DNA of 64,000 bases from a virus. The position numbers and the translations under genes are program-made. The DNA is taken from IMG/VR virus record IMGVR_UViG_3300005529_000023, positions 64,001-128,000 of that record. One strand, 5' to 3'. Positions 1-10,197 of this stretch are shown in pieces. Position 1 is the first letter of the stretch. The number at the start of each line of letters is the position of its first letter. Below the pieces are notes generated by a model, which had not been told where the DNA came from, did no database searches, and was given only the letters and a program-made list of their open reading frames with translations.

Positions 1-58
1 TTGTATTTTAACGGAGCACGTTTTTTACATTTGTCGCATTCAACCTCATGAATGTACG

Positions 59-634
59 TCATTTGTCTTTCCTATACATCTCAAACAAAGAAAGCTTCTT
101 TCTCTTCTGAGCGGTAATTCCTAGAGATGCCAGGTTCTTTTCATACTTCTGGATGATGTCCATCCCCTGTTCGGGAGAGATATCTTGGTCTTCGTTGACT
201 TCGATCTCTAGGAAGTTGGCATGCTTGCCATTTTGGTCTCTGACTGTGTAGTAGACCAAAATGGCATCTTCGTAGTGGTAGATATCGCACATCTTGTAGA
301 TGCGAAAGTTCTCTGAGAAGCCGATGGAGTTGCAGAAGCTCTCGACTCGGCTAGGATCATTGCCGTCCACTCGTAGATTTGGCTCAGTTCTTACGATGTT
401 GTTTTTTTCAACATGCTTGATCTTTGGGGTCAGTTCTGCGCGAGGGTCTTTCATGTTTACGACCGGCATTCTATATCTGAGGAAGAGGCCATCTTTGTTG
501 ATGTAGTAGACATCGTCCGACTCTACGTAGATGAAGGACTTTGGAGAGAGATCTTCGGCGATCTTCTTGAATGCCATTCTGTCAATTTCACTAGCGTCGT
601 ATTTTGTTTCAATCTCTAGATACTTTTTTGTCAT
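59..634 (-). CDS. CYTH-domain (triphosphate tunnel metalloenzyme / adenylate cyclase-like) protein
   Basis: N-terminal ExExK motif (EIETKY), D-x-YY, LRYR, LTxK, and C-terminal FLEIE typical of the CYTH family. Confidence 0.8.
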   Translation of the reverse strand: MTKKYLEIETKYDASEIDRMAFKKIAEDLSPKSFIYVESDDVYYINKDGLFLRYRMPVVNMKDPRAELTPKIKHVEKNNIVRTEPNLRVDGNDPSRVESFCNSIGFSENFRIYKMCDIYHYEDAILVYYTVRDQNGKHANFLEIEVNEDQDISPEQGMDIIQKYEKNLASLGITAQKRKKLSLFEMYRKDK

Positions 635-1134
635 GCGTTTACCTTCATCAATTCCTTACTGATTTCCTCAGACTTTGAAGCCTTATACATCGCACACCTC
701 TGATTGAAGGTCTGACCTGCTGCATGAATGGTGACGATTTTCTCGTAGTTTAGACCGTTTTGAAGCTCCGTTTCAAGGAGTTTCCTTACATCTGCTTCTT
801 CTTTGTCGATAAATTCCTTATCGAGCCTTGCCTCTATTGCCCTAATTTTGTTATCTTCTTCGATCTGATCGAGCGTGTCTGGAGGAAGCATTTGGTCGGA
901 GCCAGAGACAAAGCCGCAGAGCCTGCAGACTTTGATGGTGATATTTCCCTTGTCCGAGATAGCCGGCATATCGATCCAGGTGTGGGGAGCCTTGCACATC
1001 TTATTTTGGTCAACTTTGCTAGGTGCGAACTTCGACATCTTCCTTTTTTCCAGGAAGTATAGGAAGGCACTTTTCCAGATGGGAAACTGGTAGCCAACAT
1101 AGAGGGAAATCAACGCAACAAGCAATGTGATCAT
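631..1134 (-). CDS. Hypothetical protein with N-terminal TM helix and Cys/His zinc-ribbon-like motif
   Basis: ORF overlaps neighbours by 4 nt (ATGA); hydrophobic N-terminus; C-x3-H...C-x2-C. Confidence 0.6.
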   Translation of the reverse strand: MITLLVALISLYVGYQFPIWKSAFLYFLEKRKMSKFAPSKVDQNKMCKAPHTWIDMPAISDKGNITIKVCRLCGFVSGSDQMLPPDTLDQIEEDNKIRAIEARLDKEFIDKEEADVRKLLETELQNGLNYEKIVTIHAAGQTFNQRCAMYKASKSEEISKELMKVNA

Positions 1135-1733
1135 TCGTTTTCTCCTAGCACTTTGTCCGCTAGTCCAAGGGCTACAGATTCTCGTGCAGTCAAGAACGTA
1201 TCATGGTCAAGTAATTTTTGCAATCGCCCTAATTTGTAGAGTGGGTGTTTCTCTACAATTTTTTCCAGGTACATCTTCTCCATCCACTTGTCGATTCTCT
1301 TGAACTCATCGACGATCTTATAGGCAGTCTTGGCATGTTTGTCTACGCCGAGACTTCCATAATGAATCATCTGACTCGCATTGGGCGCCATGATTCTTTC
1401 TTTCGCGGCCTGGAGGATGATTGAGCCCATCGACATAGCGTGCCCAAATACAACGATTTTTACGTGGCTCTGGCAGGATTTGATAGCGTCGTAGATCGCA
1501 AGTCCATGGTTTACGTCTCCACCAATGTTGTTCATCTGAATCGTGATTGGTTCCTGATTCAGGTTTTCTAGGATGTGGAGGTTCTTGATCGTTCGCTCAG
1601 CCATCGCGGCGTCGCAGCCGCTTTCACTGTCGATCTCGATATTCTCGGAGCCCATGAAAATAGTGCGCGTAGGAAGATAGAGCTTATAGTCGTGGAAACG
1701 ATCGATGTCGTCTCTGTTATGCCTCTTGCTCAT
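1131..1733 (-). CDS. clpP: ClpP-like serine protease (S14), cytoplasmic
   Basis: NNIGGDV, AMSMGS (catalytic Ser), QMIH (His), DTFLTARESVALGLAD (Asp region). Start moved to ATG 1733, which overlaps the primase stop (ATGA). Confidence 0.85.
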   Translation of the reverse strand: MSKRHNRDDIDRFHDYKLYLPTRTIFMGSENIEIDSESGCDAAMAERTIKNLHILENLNQEPITIQMNNIGGDVNHGLAIYDAIKSCQSHVKIVVFGHAMSMGSIILQAAKERIMAPNASQMIHYGSLGVDKHAKTAYKIVDEFKRIDKWMEKMYLEKIVEKHPLYKLGRLQKLLDHDTFLTARESVALGLADKVLGENE

Positions 1734-2635
1734 TTGTCTGTTTTCCCATCGTAAGCATATTTGAATCCGCTTCGTATAGTGATCAGCCACTCCTTCTCGC
1801 GAAAGTCTCTGTCTTCCTGGAAGTAGTATCCTAACTTGTCAATAGTATCATCTTCAGAGTAGCCTGCCAAGGCGAACTCGATTGCTATTGCGAACCATTG
1901 CTTGTTTCTGCCCTTCGTGGGGTCAAAACCATTCTCCAGACGATCCCAAACCCAGTCCTTTACGCGATCAAAGCTGTTCTTGTCATTGTCGGATACCTTA
2001 CGCTTTTCCCGTTCCTTGGGTTTGGCATCGGGATACCTGTTTAGCCATGCAACAAAGTCGGTTATTTTAGTTGGACCCTTATATTCGACTAGGATCTGCT
2101 TCTTGCCGGGCTCTCTATAAGCACCGGGAATACGAATTGATCGCGAAGGGTTGATCGTGTTTTGGTCGGCGGCAGTGTAGATTGCCCTGATCCACTCACT
2201 GAAAAGCCTGTATACCTTTTCGCTGGGTAGATCGGTATCCAGGGAAACCAAGAAGTGGAGGCTTTTATTGCCAGAAAAGACGCAGGCGCTATAAGGGAGG
2301 CCCAGTTTATCGATATAAGCCTTTTGCTCTTTAAGTGGTCCATAGTCTACCTCGATGAGGAAGTTGCGGAAAGCGGTACAGTGTTGATCGAGACGGTACC
2401 CTTTGATAGGGTTCAATGCCACCAGGGTAAGGATATCGCTGCTCACGCGCTCAATCCCTTGCTCAAAGGTGATTTTTCTCTTAGCAACGCTGTCTTCGGT
2501 AGGAACAAGAACTACCGGCCCCTCTAAGGCCATTTGCAAGGGAACACTGTGGTAGCCATACTTGTTATAGCTAACACATACAGTTTCCCCCGGCCTGAAC
2601 ATCAGGTTGAGGAGTTTCTTTCCTGTTTCATCCAT
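1730..2635 (-). CDS. DNA primase-like protein (AEP/RepB-type)
   Basis: LIEVD, FSGNKSLH and NPSRSIRIPG motifs of archaeo-eukaryotic-type primases; located near the helicase. Confidence 0.65.
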   Translation of the reverse strand: MDETGKKLLNLMFRPGETVCVSYNKYGYHSVPLQMALEGPVVLVPTEDSVAKRKITFEQGIERVSSDILTLVALNPIKGYRLDQHCTAFRNFLIEVDYGPLKEQKAYIDKLGLPYSACVFSGNKSLHFLVSLDTDLPSEKVYRLFSEWIRAIYTAADQNTINPSRSIRIPGAYREPGKKQILVEYKGPTKITDFVAWLNRYPDAKPKEREKRKVSDNDKNSFDRVKDWVWDRLENGFDPTKGRNKQWFAIAIEFALAGYSEDDTIDKLGYYFQEDRDFREKEWLITIRSGFKYAYDGKTDK

Positions 2636-3028
2636 TTAGACCTTTGCAGAGCCAGCAAGTTCCTCGTGAAGTAACTGTTTTTGTTTCTCGTGCTCTTGCT
2701 TAGCTCTTTGTTCTTCTTGATGTTGCTTGATTCTTGCTTTGATCTCGTCGAGTTGTTTCTTTCTCTCAAGCATGTACTCGCGAACGGACTCCACGGTATA
2801 ACGTTTGATCGTCGAGCGATATGTACCCCTCGGAGTCTTCACTGGAACGTTCACTTTCCTTTCAGAGCCCGGATCATCGTCCGTTGGGCCTGGAACGAAC
2901 TCTGTCACTTCTTCAGTAATGAGTTCAGGGTGCCCGTTGCTGATCAGCTTCTGCCAACGGCTGGTAGAACCGAAGACTTCCTTAGAAAGGGCGTTCAATT
3001 CTTCTTTGACTTCACGGGCTACTTGCAT
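2636..3028 (-). CDS. Hypothetical protein (C-terminal coiled coil)
   Basis: Tightly packed co-oriented ORF. Confidence 0.6.
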   Translation of the reverse strand: MQVAREVKEELNALSKEVFGSTSRWQKLISNGHPELITEEVTEFVPGPTDDDPGSERKVNVPVKTPRGTYRSTIKRYTVESVREYMLERKKQLDEIKARIKQHQEEQRAKQEHEKQKQLLHEELAGSAKV

Positions 3029-3363
3029 CAGCCTTCCTCTTTCGTTACGCTAATACCATCTACCGTCTGAGATAGGTTACGACTTGAATTTTCATTTTCG
3101 GCCTGTTCAATGAGGGCATGGATCTCGTCTGGAGTCTCCAAAACATGAGTTTCTTCGCCGTTTGCGAGAACAACAGTGCTTCCTAGATGTTCTTCGAGAA
3201 CAATACGGGTGTCATTTATGACTTTCCCGGTCCAGAAAGTCTGGTAGCTGTATTCTTCCTCAAGCTCTATATCATCGACGTAGGGTTCTACGCGAACTAC
3301 ATCGCGTAGAGCGACAAGCTCAGTTCCATTTCCGAAAAAATCGGTCAACTTAAGAAACGTCAT
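3028..3363 (-). CDS. Hypothetical protein (FlbD-like beta fold possible)
   Basis: SD AAGGAG before ATG 3363; motif STVVLANGEETHVLETPDEI. Confidence 0.55.
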   Translation of the reverse strand: MTFLKLTDFFGNGTELVALRDVVRVEPYVDDIELEEEYSYQTFWTGKVINDTRIVLEEHLGSTVVLANGEETHVLETPDEIHALIEQAENENSSRNLSQTVDGISVTKEEG

Positions 3364-3736
3364 CGGAGTCTCCTTTTGGACAATCACATGCTTCGCATGG
3401 ACCATCGTGTGTTGGTGTTTCTGCCTGCTCTTTTTTACCACAGGTACAATCGCTACAATATCCCTTATTTTCTTGTTTTACAACCGTGAATCTAACTTCA
3501 TCGTTGGTTCCAACGCCAAGTACGATGACATTATTGTTTGGAAAAAGATCCTTAAGTTGCCGTTGTAAGTAGCCTAAAGAAGCATGGCTCACATCGTCAT
3601 TTTTGATGACAACGGAGAGTACATCTCCTGGTCCTAAGCTGATTTTAGTGACTTCCGCCACATCAAAACCGAAGTAACCTTGGCTAGGGCTGCTGGCCTG
3701 GTTGTCCGGTGGACTGTTGTTCTGGTCCTGTTCCAT
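3350..3736 (-). CDS. Hypothetical protein with two CxxCxC motifs
   Basis: Co-oriented ORF; CSDCTC and CEACDC. Confidence 0.55.
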   Translation of the reverse strand: MEQDQNNSPPDNQASSPSQGYFGFDVAEVTKISLGPGDVLSVVIKNDDVSHASLGYLQRQLKDLFPNNNVIVLGVGTNDEVRFTVVKQENKGYCSDCTCGKKEQAETPTHDGPCEACDCPKGDSDDVS

Positions 3737-4868
3737 CTTTTTTCTCCTCGATGATCGGAACATGTCCGATGCTTTTGTTGAACTTCTCGTTTTCTCTTTG
3801 CGCTCTCAGCTGATTGACCTTGGTGATGAACTCGTCAGTATACTGTACGAATCTGCCCTTGTCGTAGCCAGTGTTGAGGCTTTCTCCAAGCATCTCTCCG
3901 AAACGACTCTTATGGACTACCCATTCAGTTCTAAGTTCTGAGTTATGCCTAACGATCTCTAGAGCACAGGTGGCAACGTTTAGAATGACCTTGCGACCTT
4001 CGATCCTTTCCTTGAAAGGAGTGTTGTTTTCTGTAGGCGGTTTTACCTGACCAAGAACTACGATTGGGGCTGGATAGATATTCTTGTATTGGTCCAAAGC
4101 AGCGGCTACTTCTGCCTGCACCTGCCACTCATTCATATAAGGGTTTTCCAGGCTTTCCTTGAAGTTCTGATAGTAGTCAATCAAGATGACATCGTAGAAC
4201 TGCCCATCTGCGATGAGCCTATCGAAGATACGGCGCAGACCTTCAATGGTTGTAGTATTGCCGCGAGTTCCACCGTCATTGTCGTCGATAACTCTGATCA
4301 AGTTTCTTTCGGTGTAGAACTGTGTGTACTTATCGAATGCTTCTAATTGTTCATCAGTAAATTTATCATGATTGACGTAATGCCAGCCCTTAGCCTGGCA
4401 GGTAACCCTGTTGAATACATCTTCTCTTTTCTCTTCGTTCGTAATAACCAGAACTGAACTGGCTTTACCAGTTTCCTTGTTGATGTTTGCAATCGTTGTA
4501 CGAATGAGGTTGGCTACAATAGTACTCTTACCTTCACCTGTCTTACCGCCAATGAAGATCAGGTTCTTGCGAAAGAATGGAACTGCCTTACTCAGGTCTT
4601 CAGTAAGAAAGGGCATCTTCTTTCTGGCAGCTAATAGGTAATCCCTATTTTCCTGACGTAATGCGGCAATTTCTGCATCAGTCAAACGGCCGTAAGAGTT
4701 CTGCTTAGCCTTTTCGTTTTCTTCATCGAGCTTATCTAGGCGATCTAGCTCATTGTCTAGACGACGTTCTTTTACTTTTAGTTCCTTGCCAAGAACCTCT
4801 CTTTTCTTGGCTTCTAGCTCACCTCTTTCAGCGGCTTTCTGCAAAAACTCGTCCTTGTTTTCACTCAT
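3684..4868 (-). CDS. dnaB: Replicative SF4 (DnaB/gp41-like) helicase
   Basis: Walker A GGKTGEGKST, ITNEE, Walker B ILIDYYQ, VLGQ, KSRFG arginine finger. Confidence 0.85.
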   Translation of the reverse strand: MSENKDEFLQKAAERGELEAKKREVLGKELKVKERRLDNELDRLDKLDEENEKAKQNSYGRLTDAEIAALRQENRDYLLAARKKMPFLTEDLSKAVPFFRKNLIFIGGKTGEGKSTIVANLIRTTIANINKETGKASSVLVITNEEKREDVFNRVTCQAKGWHYVNHDKFTDEQLEAFDKYTQFYTERNLIRVIDDNDGGTRGNTTTIEGLRRIFDRLIADGQFYDVILIDYYQNFKESLENPYMNEWQVQAEVAAALDQYKNIYPAPIVVLGQVKPPTENNTPFKERIEGRKVILNVATCALEIVRHNSELRTEWVVHKSRFGEMLGESLNTGYDKGRFVQYTDEFITKVNQLRAQRENEKFNKSIGHVPIIEEKKDGTGPEQQSTGQPGQQP

Positions 4869-5373
4869 CTGTTAGCCCCATCATTTTGGCTATCTCTGGA
4901 TCGATGTTCTCTTCAACCCTTGGTTGGGCATCAAGGAATGTTCGAACTCTTGCTCTACGAGCCGCTTCTTCTGCGGGATCTTTTGGCGCAGGCTTTGGAG
5001 GTTCAACGATCTTGATGTCTGGTACAGTGGCGGCTGTATTGTAGATGTCCTGCACGAATACAGTGATCGTGTTGACAAAGGCGGCGATACCTCTAGCTCT
5101 AGATTCCTTCTTTTCTTTTCTCGTACATTCTTCTGGTGCCCAAACAGAGTTGGCCAAAGTTTCTTTTGTCGTTCTGTTGCTAAAGTACTCTTTGGGTACG
5201 CCCAAGTCTCTAGCCATTGTTATTGCAGCCCTGAAGACTAGAGGAATACTATCGTCATCGAGCTTGTAGTGGAAAGAACTAGAGTAACGACCCTGCTTGA
5301 TTTCGCCATACTTGGCGATACAAGCGTCGATAATCTCTTTGAATTCTTCTCTAGTAAGACTTCTTTCTTCCAT
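4861..5373 (-). CDS. Hypothetical protein
   Basis: Co-oriented ORF overlapping both neighbours. Confidence 0.55.
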   Translation of the reverse strand: MEERSLTREEFKEIIDACIAKYGEIKQGRYSSSFHYKLDDDSIPLVFRAAITMARDLGVPKEYFSNRTTKETLANSVWAPEECTRKEKKESRARGIAAFVNTITVFVQDIYNTAATVPDIKIVEPPKPAPKDPAEEAARRARVRTFLDAQPRVEENIDPEIAKMMGLTDE

Positions 5374-6281
5374 TACACACCGAGTTGTTTCAACAGCTTT
5401 TTGGCCGTCTTCACTTCCTCTTCATATTCAGGCTTATTCTTGTTATTTTTGATGAATTTCTTGAGAACGTGCGCCTTACGCGTAGGAGTTTTGTTGTGAA
5501 ACTCTTCCTGACGTTTTTCCCAAATGTCAGCGGTTTCCACATCGAACAGAATCTCCTCTGGAGTCATATTGTGAAGACTATCATATGGATCGATTCCGGC
5601 ACCAGTAAAATCACTTAAACTAAGGCTCTTCTGCTCAACTGGAACTGAAACGTAGTACTTACCATCGAACCTGAACACGGGTCCATCGGGTCTTACTTTC
5701 TTGCGAATCGACTTGAAGACTGCCGTATCTAGTTTCTTATATCCTAGCTTCTCATGCTTCTCGATCAGATCGCGAAGGATTGCTGGCGGCTTCTTGGTGC
5801 CAACGTAAAAGAAGAACTCTTCAGTGGGCAGACCCTTGATGTTTCGCGCCTTCTGCCTACATACTCTGACCACATCTTCCATTCTCTGCTTGAGGAATAG
5901 TGTGCAGTTCGCCCTGTTCTTATCCAGGAGTTCGCCTTCGTCTGGAGATTCGCCAAACAGTCTGTTGAACAGCTGGATGAAGTCCTGATACTTCTGCGGC
6001 ATCTTCTCTAAAGAGAATAAGCCCAAGAAGCTGACCAAATGGATATTGGCGATGTTAGTGAGATCCTCGCGCTCGAATCCGATCATGTGGAACAGATTCT
6101 TGTAGGTGAAGAAGGTGTTCTTTGCCAGGTTTGCAGCTATGTTGAGGTAGGGCTGCATCTCTTCAGAGGTAGGGTTGTAGTCTACCTTCCTGAAGTACTG
6201 ATGTCTCAAATAGCAAAGTTCGAATTCGTTTCTTGAATGGATCTTTTTCTTTTCTGCCTTGGGTCTGAAAGTCTGACTCAT
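5373..6281 (-). CDS. Hypothetical protein, possible highly divergent sigma-region-2-like transcription factor
   Basis: FEREDLTNIANIHL resembles sigma region 2.2 (DREDLIQEGNIGL); the similarity is weak. Confidence 0.35.
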   Translation of the reverse strand: MSQTFRPKAEKKKIHSRNEFELCYLRHQYFRKVDYNPTSEEMQPYLNIAANLAKNTFFTYKNLFHMIGFEREDLTNIANIHLVSFLGLFSLEKMPQKYQDFIQLFNRLFGESPDEGELLDKNRANCTLFLKQRMEDVVRVCRQKARNIKGLPTEEFFFYVGTKKPPAILRDLIEKHEKLGYKKLDTAVFKSIRKKVRPDGPVFRFDGKYYVSVPVEQKSLSLSDFTGAGIDPYDSLHNMTPEEILFDVETADIWEKRQEEFHNKTPTRKAHVLKKFIKNNKNKPEYEEEVKTAKKLLKQLGV

Positions 6282-6509
6282 GCACGTCCTTGAAAATCTG
6301 GCAGTGGGCTACTGATTTACTAGCTTCCGCCCTTGGTCCCATATAATTCCCTGGTTAACCAAAAGCCTTCTCAGTCCTTGTCCGATACTACTGCTCGGTC
6401 GCCTGGCGATCAACCCAGGACGCCTCGGATTGTTTAGCACTGTTTTATTATGCCCTTCCCAACGGTACACTCGAAGGATTTTAGCCCTATCGAATGTTCC
6501 TGCCTGAAG

Positions 6510-7433
6510 TTACCAAAATTTGTACCAGGGCTTCTTCTTCGGAGCGGGTTCTGGTGCAGCTTCCTGTTGAGGAGCTTGCGGTTGTTCGCTGACCCTGTCT
6601 TCTTGCGCCATGAGTTCTCTGAAATTCGCAGGCTTGGTGTTGGCGAGTCTTTCGGCTCTGTCCTTCACTTCCTGTTTGATCTTTTCAATGTACTCAGGAG
6701 TAATTTCCTCTACTCTTCCGAAGTTGTAGTCTTCATCTTTGGATTTGAGTTCTTCCACGAACTTACTCAGTGTAAGGTCGCAGTACTCATCGATCCAATC
6801 GGTGATGAAGTAGTACTTCTCGTTATCGTAGGAGAATTTTCCGAAGAGGATTGGGTCTTTTTCCCTGATCTTCTCTTTGTTAGTTTTAATCTTTTCACCA
6901 GAATAGTCAAGGTACAAAATCCAAAGTTCGTCAAAAATCCCTTTTTCCTTTACCGACTTAATCACCTTTTGTACCTTAGCTGGGATTGCGCGGGGGAATT
7001 CTTCGAGCTTCTTGAAGAAGACTGGGTTGTCATAGGACTTGTCGTTTTCCGAAACATGGCCCTGGAACTTCGTAATGTCCTTGTGCATGACATACACATC
7101 ATATCCACATGCAACGGCCTCAGACTCGCGAATGGTAGCCATGAGCATACGAGAGAACTCCTCGTACAATGCCTTTTGGCCCATTTCCTCGGCGTCCTTG
7201 ACCAGCGCCTGAAGCTTCGAGAGCCTGGCTTTCAACTTCTTGACTTGGCTCTTGTTGAGCTTAGACTTCACGTAACTGAAGTATAGCCTTGGGCCAATTC
7301 TCTTCCTGCGAGGACTTCCAGCCTGCTCCTTTTGAGCATCGTACCAACCCATAGTAACTCCGGTCCCAGTAGAAGTAGGGACCGACAAGGTAATGGTCTG
7401 ATTCATGTTTCCTTGGTAGATCTGATAGCTCAT
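6510..7433 (-). CDS. Hypothetical conserved phage protein with KKKPWYKFW tail
   Basis: 307-aa ORF in operon; amphipathic aromatic/basic C-terminus. Confidence 0.65.
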   Translation of the reverse strand: MSYQIYQGNMNQTITLSVPTSTGTGVTMGWYDAQKEQAGSPRRKRIGPRLYFSYVKSKLNKSQVKKLKARLSKLQALVKDAEEMGQKALYEEFSRMLMATIRESEAVACGYDVYVMHKDITKFQGHVSENDKSYDNPVFFKKLEEFPRAIPAKVQKVIKSVKEKGIFDELWILYLDYSGEKIKTNKEKIREKDPILFGKFSYDNEKYYFITDWIDEYCDLTLSKFVEELKSKDEDYNFGRVEEITPEYIEKIKQEVKDRAERLANTKPANFRELMAQEDRVSEQPQAPQQEAAPEPAPKKKPWYKFW

Positions 7434-8500
7434 TGTTCCTTCTTTCTGATCTCTTCCAGAATGGCCTGATAGAGCTTGTCATCGTCGCGAATAGCGAGAG
7501 CGCACTCCTTCTTGCCCCTGAATGAGAGATCACCGAAACTGTAGGTCTGACCCTTAAGGTTGATCACTCCGGTATTCTTTGCCAGCCAGAAGAGTTCTTC
7601 GTGCTGATTGATGATACCCTTCTTATAGTCCATATAGAACACGCCAGAGCGTCCTGCTTGACCGATTGAAGAGGCTTCCATCCTGACGAAGATCTTGTGA
7701 CCCGTGCGAAGGTTTTCACCGCGAGCATCTTGAGGATCATCGTCAAAGGTCTTATCAACGATCTCCATGTTCTTTTCATCCGTATTGCTAGCCTTAGCTA
7801 GAGATACGAAGTACTCGAACCCATGCTGGGCAGCCCAGCTTTCAGCCATCTTTTCCTTTGGCGCATACTTGTTGGCGGCATCGACGTTACCTCTCATTTG
7901 GGAGGTAGCGTCTAGCTGAATCTTATTCCTCTTACAGAAAGGAACAAGCTTCATTAGGCCGATCGAGACCGTGAGGGCATGGTCGCCTACAAGGTGATCT
8001 GCCACTGAATCAGCATCGCCGCGTTTGACTCCCATGACGTTAGTCAGAGAGTCAATTCCAAGATAGGCCAAAGGCATTCCATCCTGAACCATTGGCTTAA
8101 TGTCTTTTTCAACACGATCGAAGATCTCAACTGGATCATTGGTGTCGTAAATAGTGAGATAGTCGAGGTCGATCTCTGGAAAGACTCCATGTTGGAGCTG
8201 TCCGCGAATCTCGGTATTGAAGATAATCGCATGCCTACGATCGTCAGGTTTGAGACCTGCAGCCTTATCACGCCTCTGCATGTCTAGGACTTTGGCGTAA
8301 AGCGATAGAGATTTACCAGCTTTAGGCTTCGAGTACCAAAGAACTGAAGAGTTCTTCGGAATACCCATAGACTTGTTGGCGAAGATCCAGTTGAAGTACG
8401 GGCTGGGGGTATACAAACAGTTCTCAGGGGCAAACGAATCATACTCGTAGTCTACCGAGTCTTCATATTGCCTGAGCTGTTTCATCCACTTATTTCCCAT
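7430..8500 (-). CDS. recA: RecA/UvsX-like recombinase
   Basis: Walker A-like SKPKAGKS, FNTE, GIDSLT, TSQMR; next to the SSB gene. Confidence 0.8.
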   Translation of the reverse strand: MGNKWMKQLRQYEDSVDYEYDSFAPENCLYTPSPYFNWIFANKSMGIPKNSSVLWYSKPKAGKSLSLYAKVLDMQRRDKAAGLKPDDRRHAIIFNTEIRGQLQHGVFPEIDLDYLTIYDTNDPVEIFDRVEKDIKPMVQDGMPLAYLGIDSLTNVMGVKRGDADSVADHLVGDHALTVSIGLMKLVPFCKRNKIQLDATSQMRGNVDAANKYAPKEKMAESWAAQHGFEYFVSLAKASNTDEKNMEIVDKTFDDDPQDARGENLRTGHKIFVRMEASSIGQAGRSGVFYMDYKKGIINQHEELFWLAKNTGVINLKGQTYSFGDLSFRGKKECALAIRDDDKLYQAILEEIRKKEQ

Positions 8501-9017
8501 TTGTTCTCCCTTGAGTGATGTACAAGTTGGAGTTCACTCCACTCCTAATGATGAGATCCATTTGTTTTCTCATGTATCTGCAAATATTTTCGAAAGAGCG
8601 AATGTCCCCATCAATCATCGTCAAAAAGGACTTGAGCTGATTGATGCGATCCAAAGCGGCAACATAGTCGGGCTGACGCATAAGATAGGCGTTGCGTAGG
8701 TCCGAACTATCCATGTACTTGGGCTTGCCCTTCATAACTTCTGGATAGTACGTATCGATCAGGTAATCTGCTTTGACCCTCTGAAGAGCCTTGTCAGCCT
8801 CACCCAACTGAAAATTTAGCGCAGCACTGTTTCTTACCAGTTCCCTGTACGCTTCATTGAAGCAATGCTCAAGGTCCGTATAAGTAAGAGGATTGACCAT
8901 CTTAGCTTCTACAGCCCTGATCTTTGCTTCATTGGTTTTGGATCTGTCGAGCCTAAGCTCTGGTGATTTCCCAAAAGCGGGAACCACCAGAGCATGGGCA
9001 ATTGGACTGTCCGACAT
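8490..9017 (-). CDS. Helical protein, possible UvsY-like recombination mediator
   Basis: Coiled-coil character and position between SSB and RecA (inference from synteny). Confidence 0.35.
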   Translation of the reverse strand: MSDSPIAHALVVPAFGKSPELRLDRSKTNEAKIRAVEAKMVNPLTYTDLEHCFNEAYRELVRNSAALNFQLGEADKALQRVKADYLIDTYYPEVMKGKPKYMDSSDLRNAYLMRQPDYVAALDRINQLKSFLTMIDGDIRSFENICRYMRKQMDLIIRSGVNSNLYITQGRTNGK

Positions 9018-10186
9018 TAGAGAAGACCCATCGACTTCAGGAACTCTTCATCTGACTGTTGAGCAATCGACTGGGCCGATGTCTTTGTGTCAGATAGAGT
9101 AGTTACCTTTGGAGCTTGTGGTGCCGCCATTGTTTGGGCGACCTGAGATGTAGCAGCTTGAGCCGCTGGAGGAGTAGCCGCTGCCGGAGCTGGAGCAGCT
9201 GTCGCCTGAGTAGCAGGAGTTGTTGGCGCCGATGCAGGTGCGCTCGCCTGAGTTTGAGCCGCAGGAGTTCCTGTGGTCCCATATTCATCTTCAATATCAG
9301 CATCTGGCTCCTGATAGGTTTGGCCAGTAGCCTGGGCAGCAGCCGTAGCCTCATTCTTTTTGTCAAGAATTTCATCTACTGCCTTCTCCCCTTCCTTCAC
9401 AATCCTTGCCACTTCTTCAGCCGTAGGCTTCTTGAAGAGAGAATCGAGACGTGCGGCTTCCTTATACAGAAAGCTTCCATCCTTATTACGAGTGAGGCAG
9501 CGAGCAGCGATGTCGTCAGTAATCGAATGAACGATGTCCTGTTCGACGGTTCCGAGACCTTCGACATGAAGCTGCTTCTTCTTTACTTCGACCTGATAGA
9601 CGGTCTCAAGAGCGTTTCCAGATCTTCTGAAGGTGAAGAAACGGCCATTCTCAGGCGAAAGAGGTTCAATTTGCTTATCGCGAAGGCCCTTGATTGTCGC
9701 CTGGAGAGCAAGCATTGCACGATGGCGAATCTTAAGAATGCCGATATTGCCCTGCTCATCAATGACGTTGAGATAGTGGTTGCTATCCAAGTTGAAACGA
9801 GATTTCGAACCGCCAACAAGCTTAAGTAGCTTATCCGCCAATTCCTTATTGCCTTCAGCCTTAGCCTTTTCTAGTTCGGCCTTGAGCTGATTGATGCGAT
9901 CAAGGGCGGGATCTGGAACCTCGATCATCTTTGTCTTGCGATTCTTGACCAAGGGACTCTGGAAGGTTCTCATCTCGCCCTTAGAATTCTTGTATCCGTA
10001 ATGGATATTGTAGAAGACGCTCCAGCGGCCTTCCGCAGCTAGGTCTCCCATTGGAGGAAGAATTCGAAAGGTAGATTCGCCGTCTTTCAGCTTGAACCAC
10101 TTCCTCTTGACGAACTCTCCGCCGAACTTTGCGGCGCCGAACAGATTTGTATTACTTGGATTTGTATTACCCGATTGATTGCTCAT
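9017..10186 (-). CDS. Single-stranded DNA-binding protein (gp32-like)
   Basis: WFKLKDGESTFRILPP...HY N-terminal pattern, Ala/Pro/Thr linker, acidic tail SDEEFLKSMGL. Confidence 0.75.
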   Translation of the reverse strand: MSNQSGNTNPSNTNLFGAAKFGGEFVKRKWFKLKDGESTFRILPPMGDLAAEGRWSVFYNIHYGYKNSKGEMRTFQSPLVKNRKTKMIEVPDPALDRINQLKAELEKAKAEGNKELADKLLKLVGGSKSRFNLDSNHYLNVIDEQGNIGILKIRHRAMLALQATIKGLRDKQIEPLSPENGRFFTFRRSGNALETVYQVEVKKKQLHVEGLGTVEQDIVHSITDDIAARCLTRNKDGSFLYKEAARLDSLFKKPTAEEVARIVKEGEKAVDEILDKKNEATAAAQATGQTYQEPDADIEDEYGTTGTPAAQTQASAPASAPTTPATQATAAPAPAAATPPAAQAATSQVAQTMAAPQAPKVTTLSDTKTSAQSIAQQSDEEFLKSMGLL

Positions 10187-10197
10187 ATTTATTCTCC

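Noticed and set aside
6310-6509. Stop-codon read-through extension of ORF 6510-7433 (about 66 open codons after TAA)
   Set aside because: TAA is an efficient stop, the upstream protein ends in a typical terminal motif (KKKPWYKFW), and the extension lacks protein-like features.
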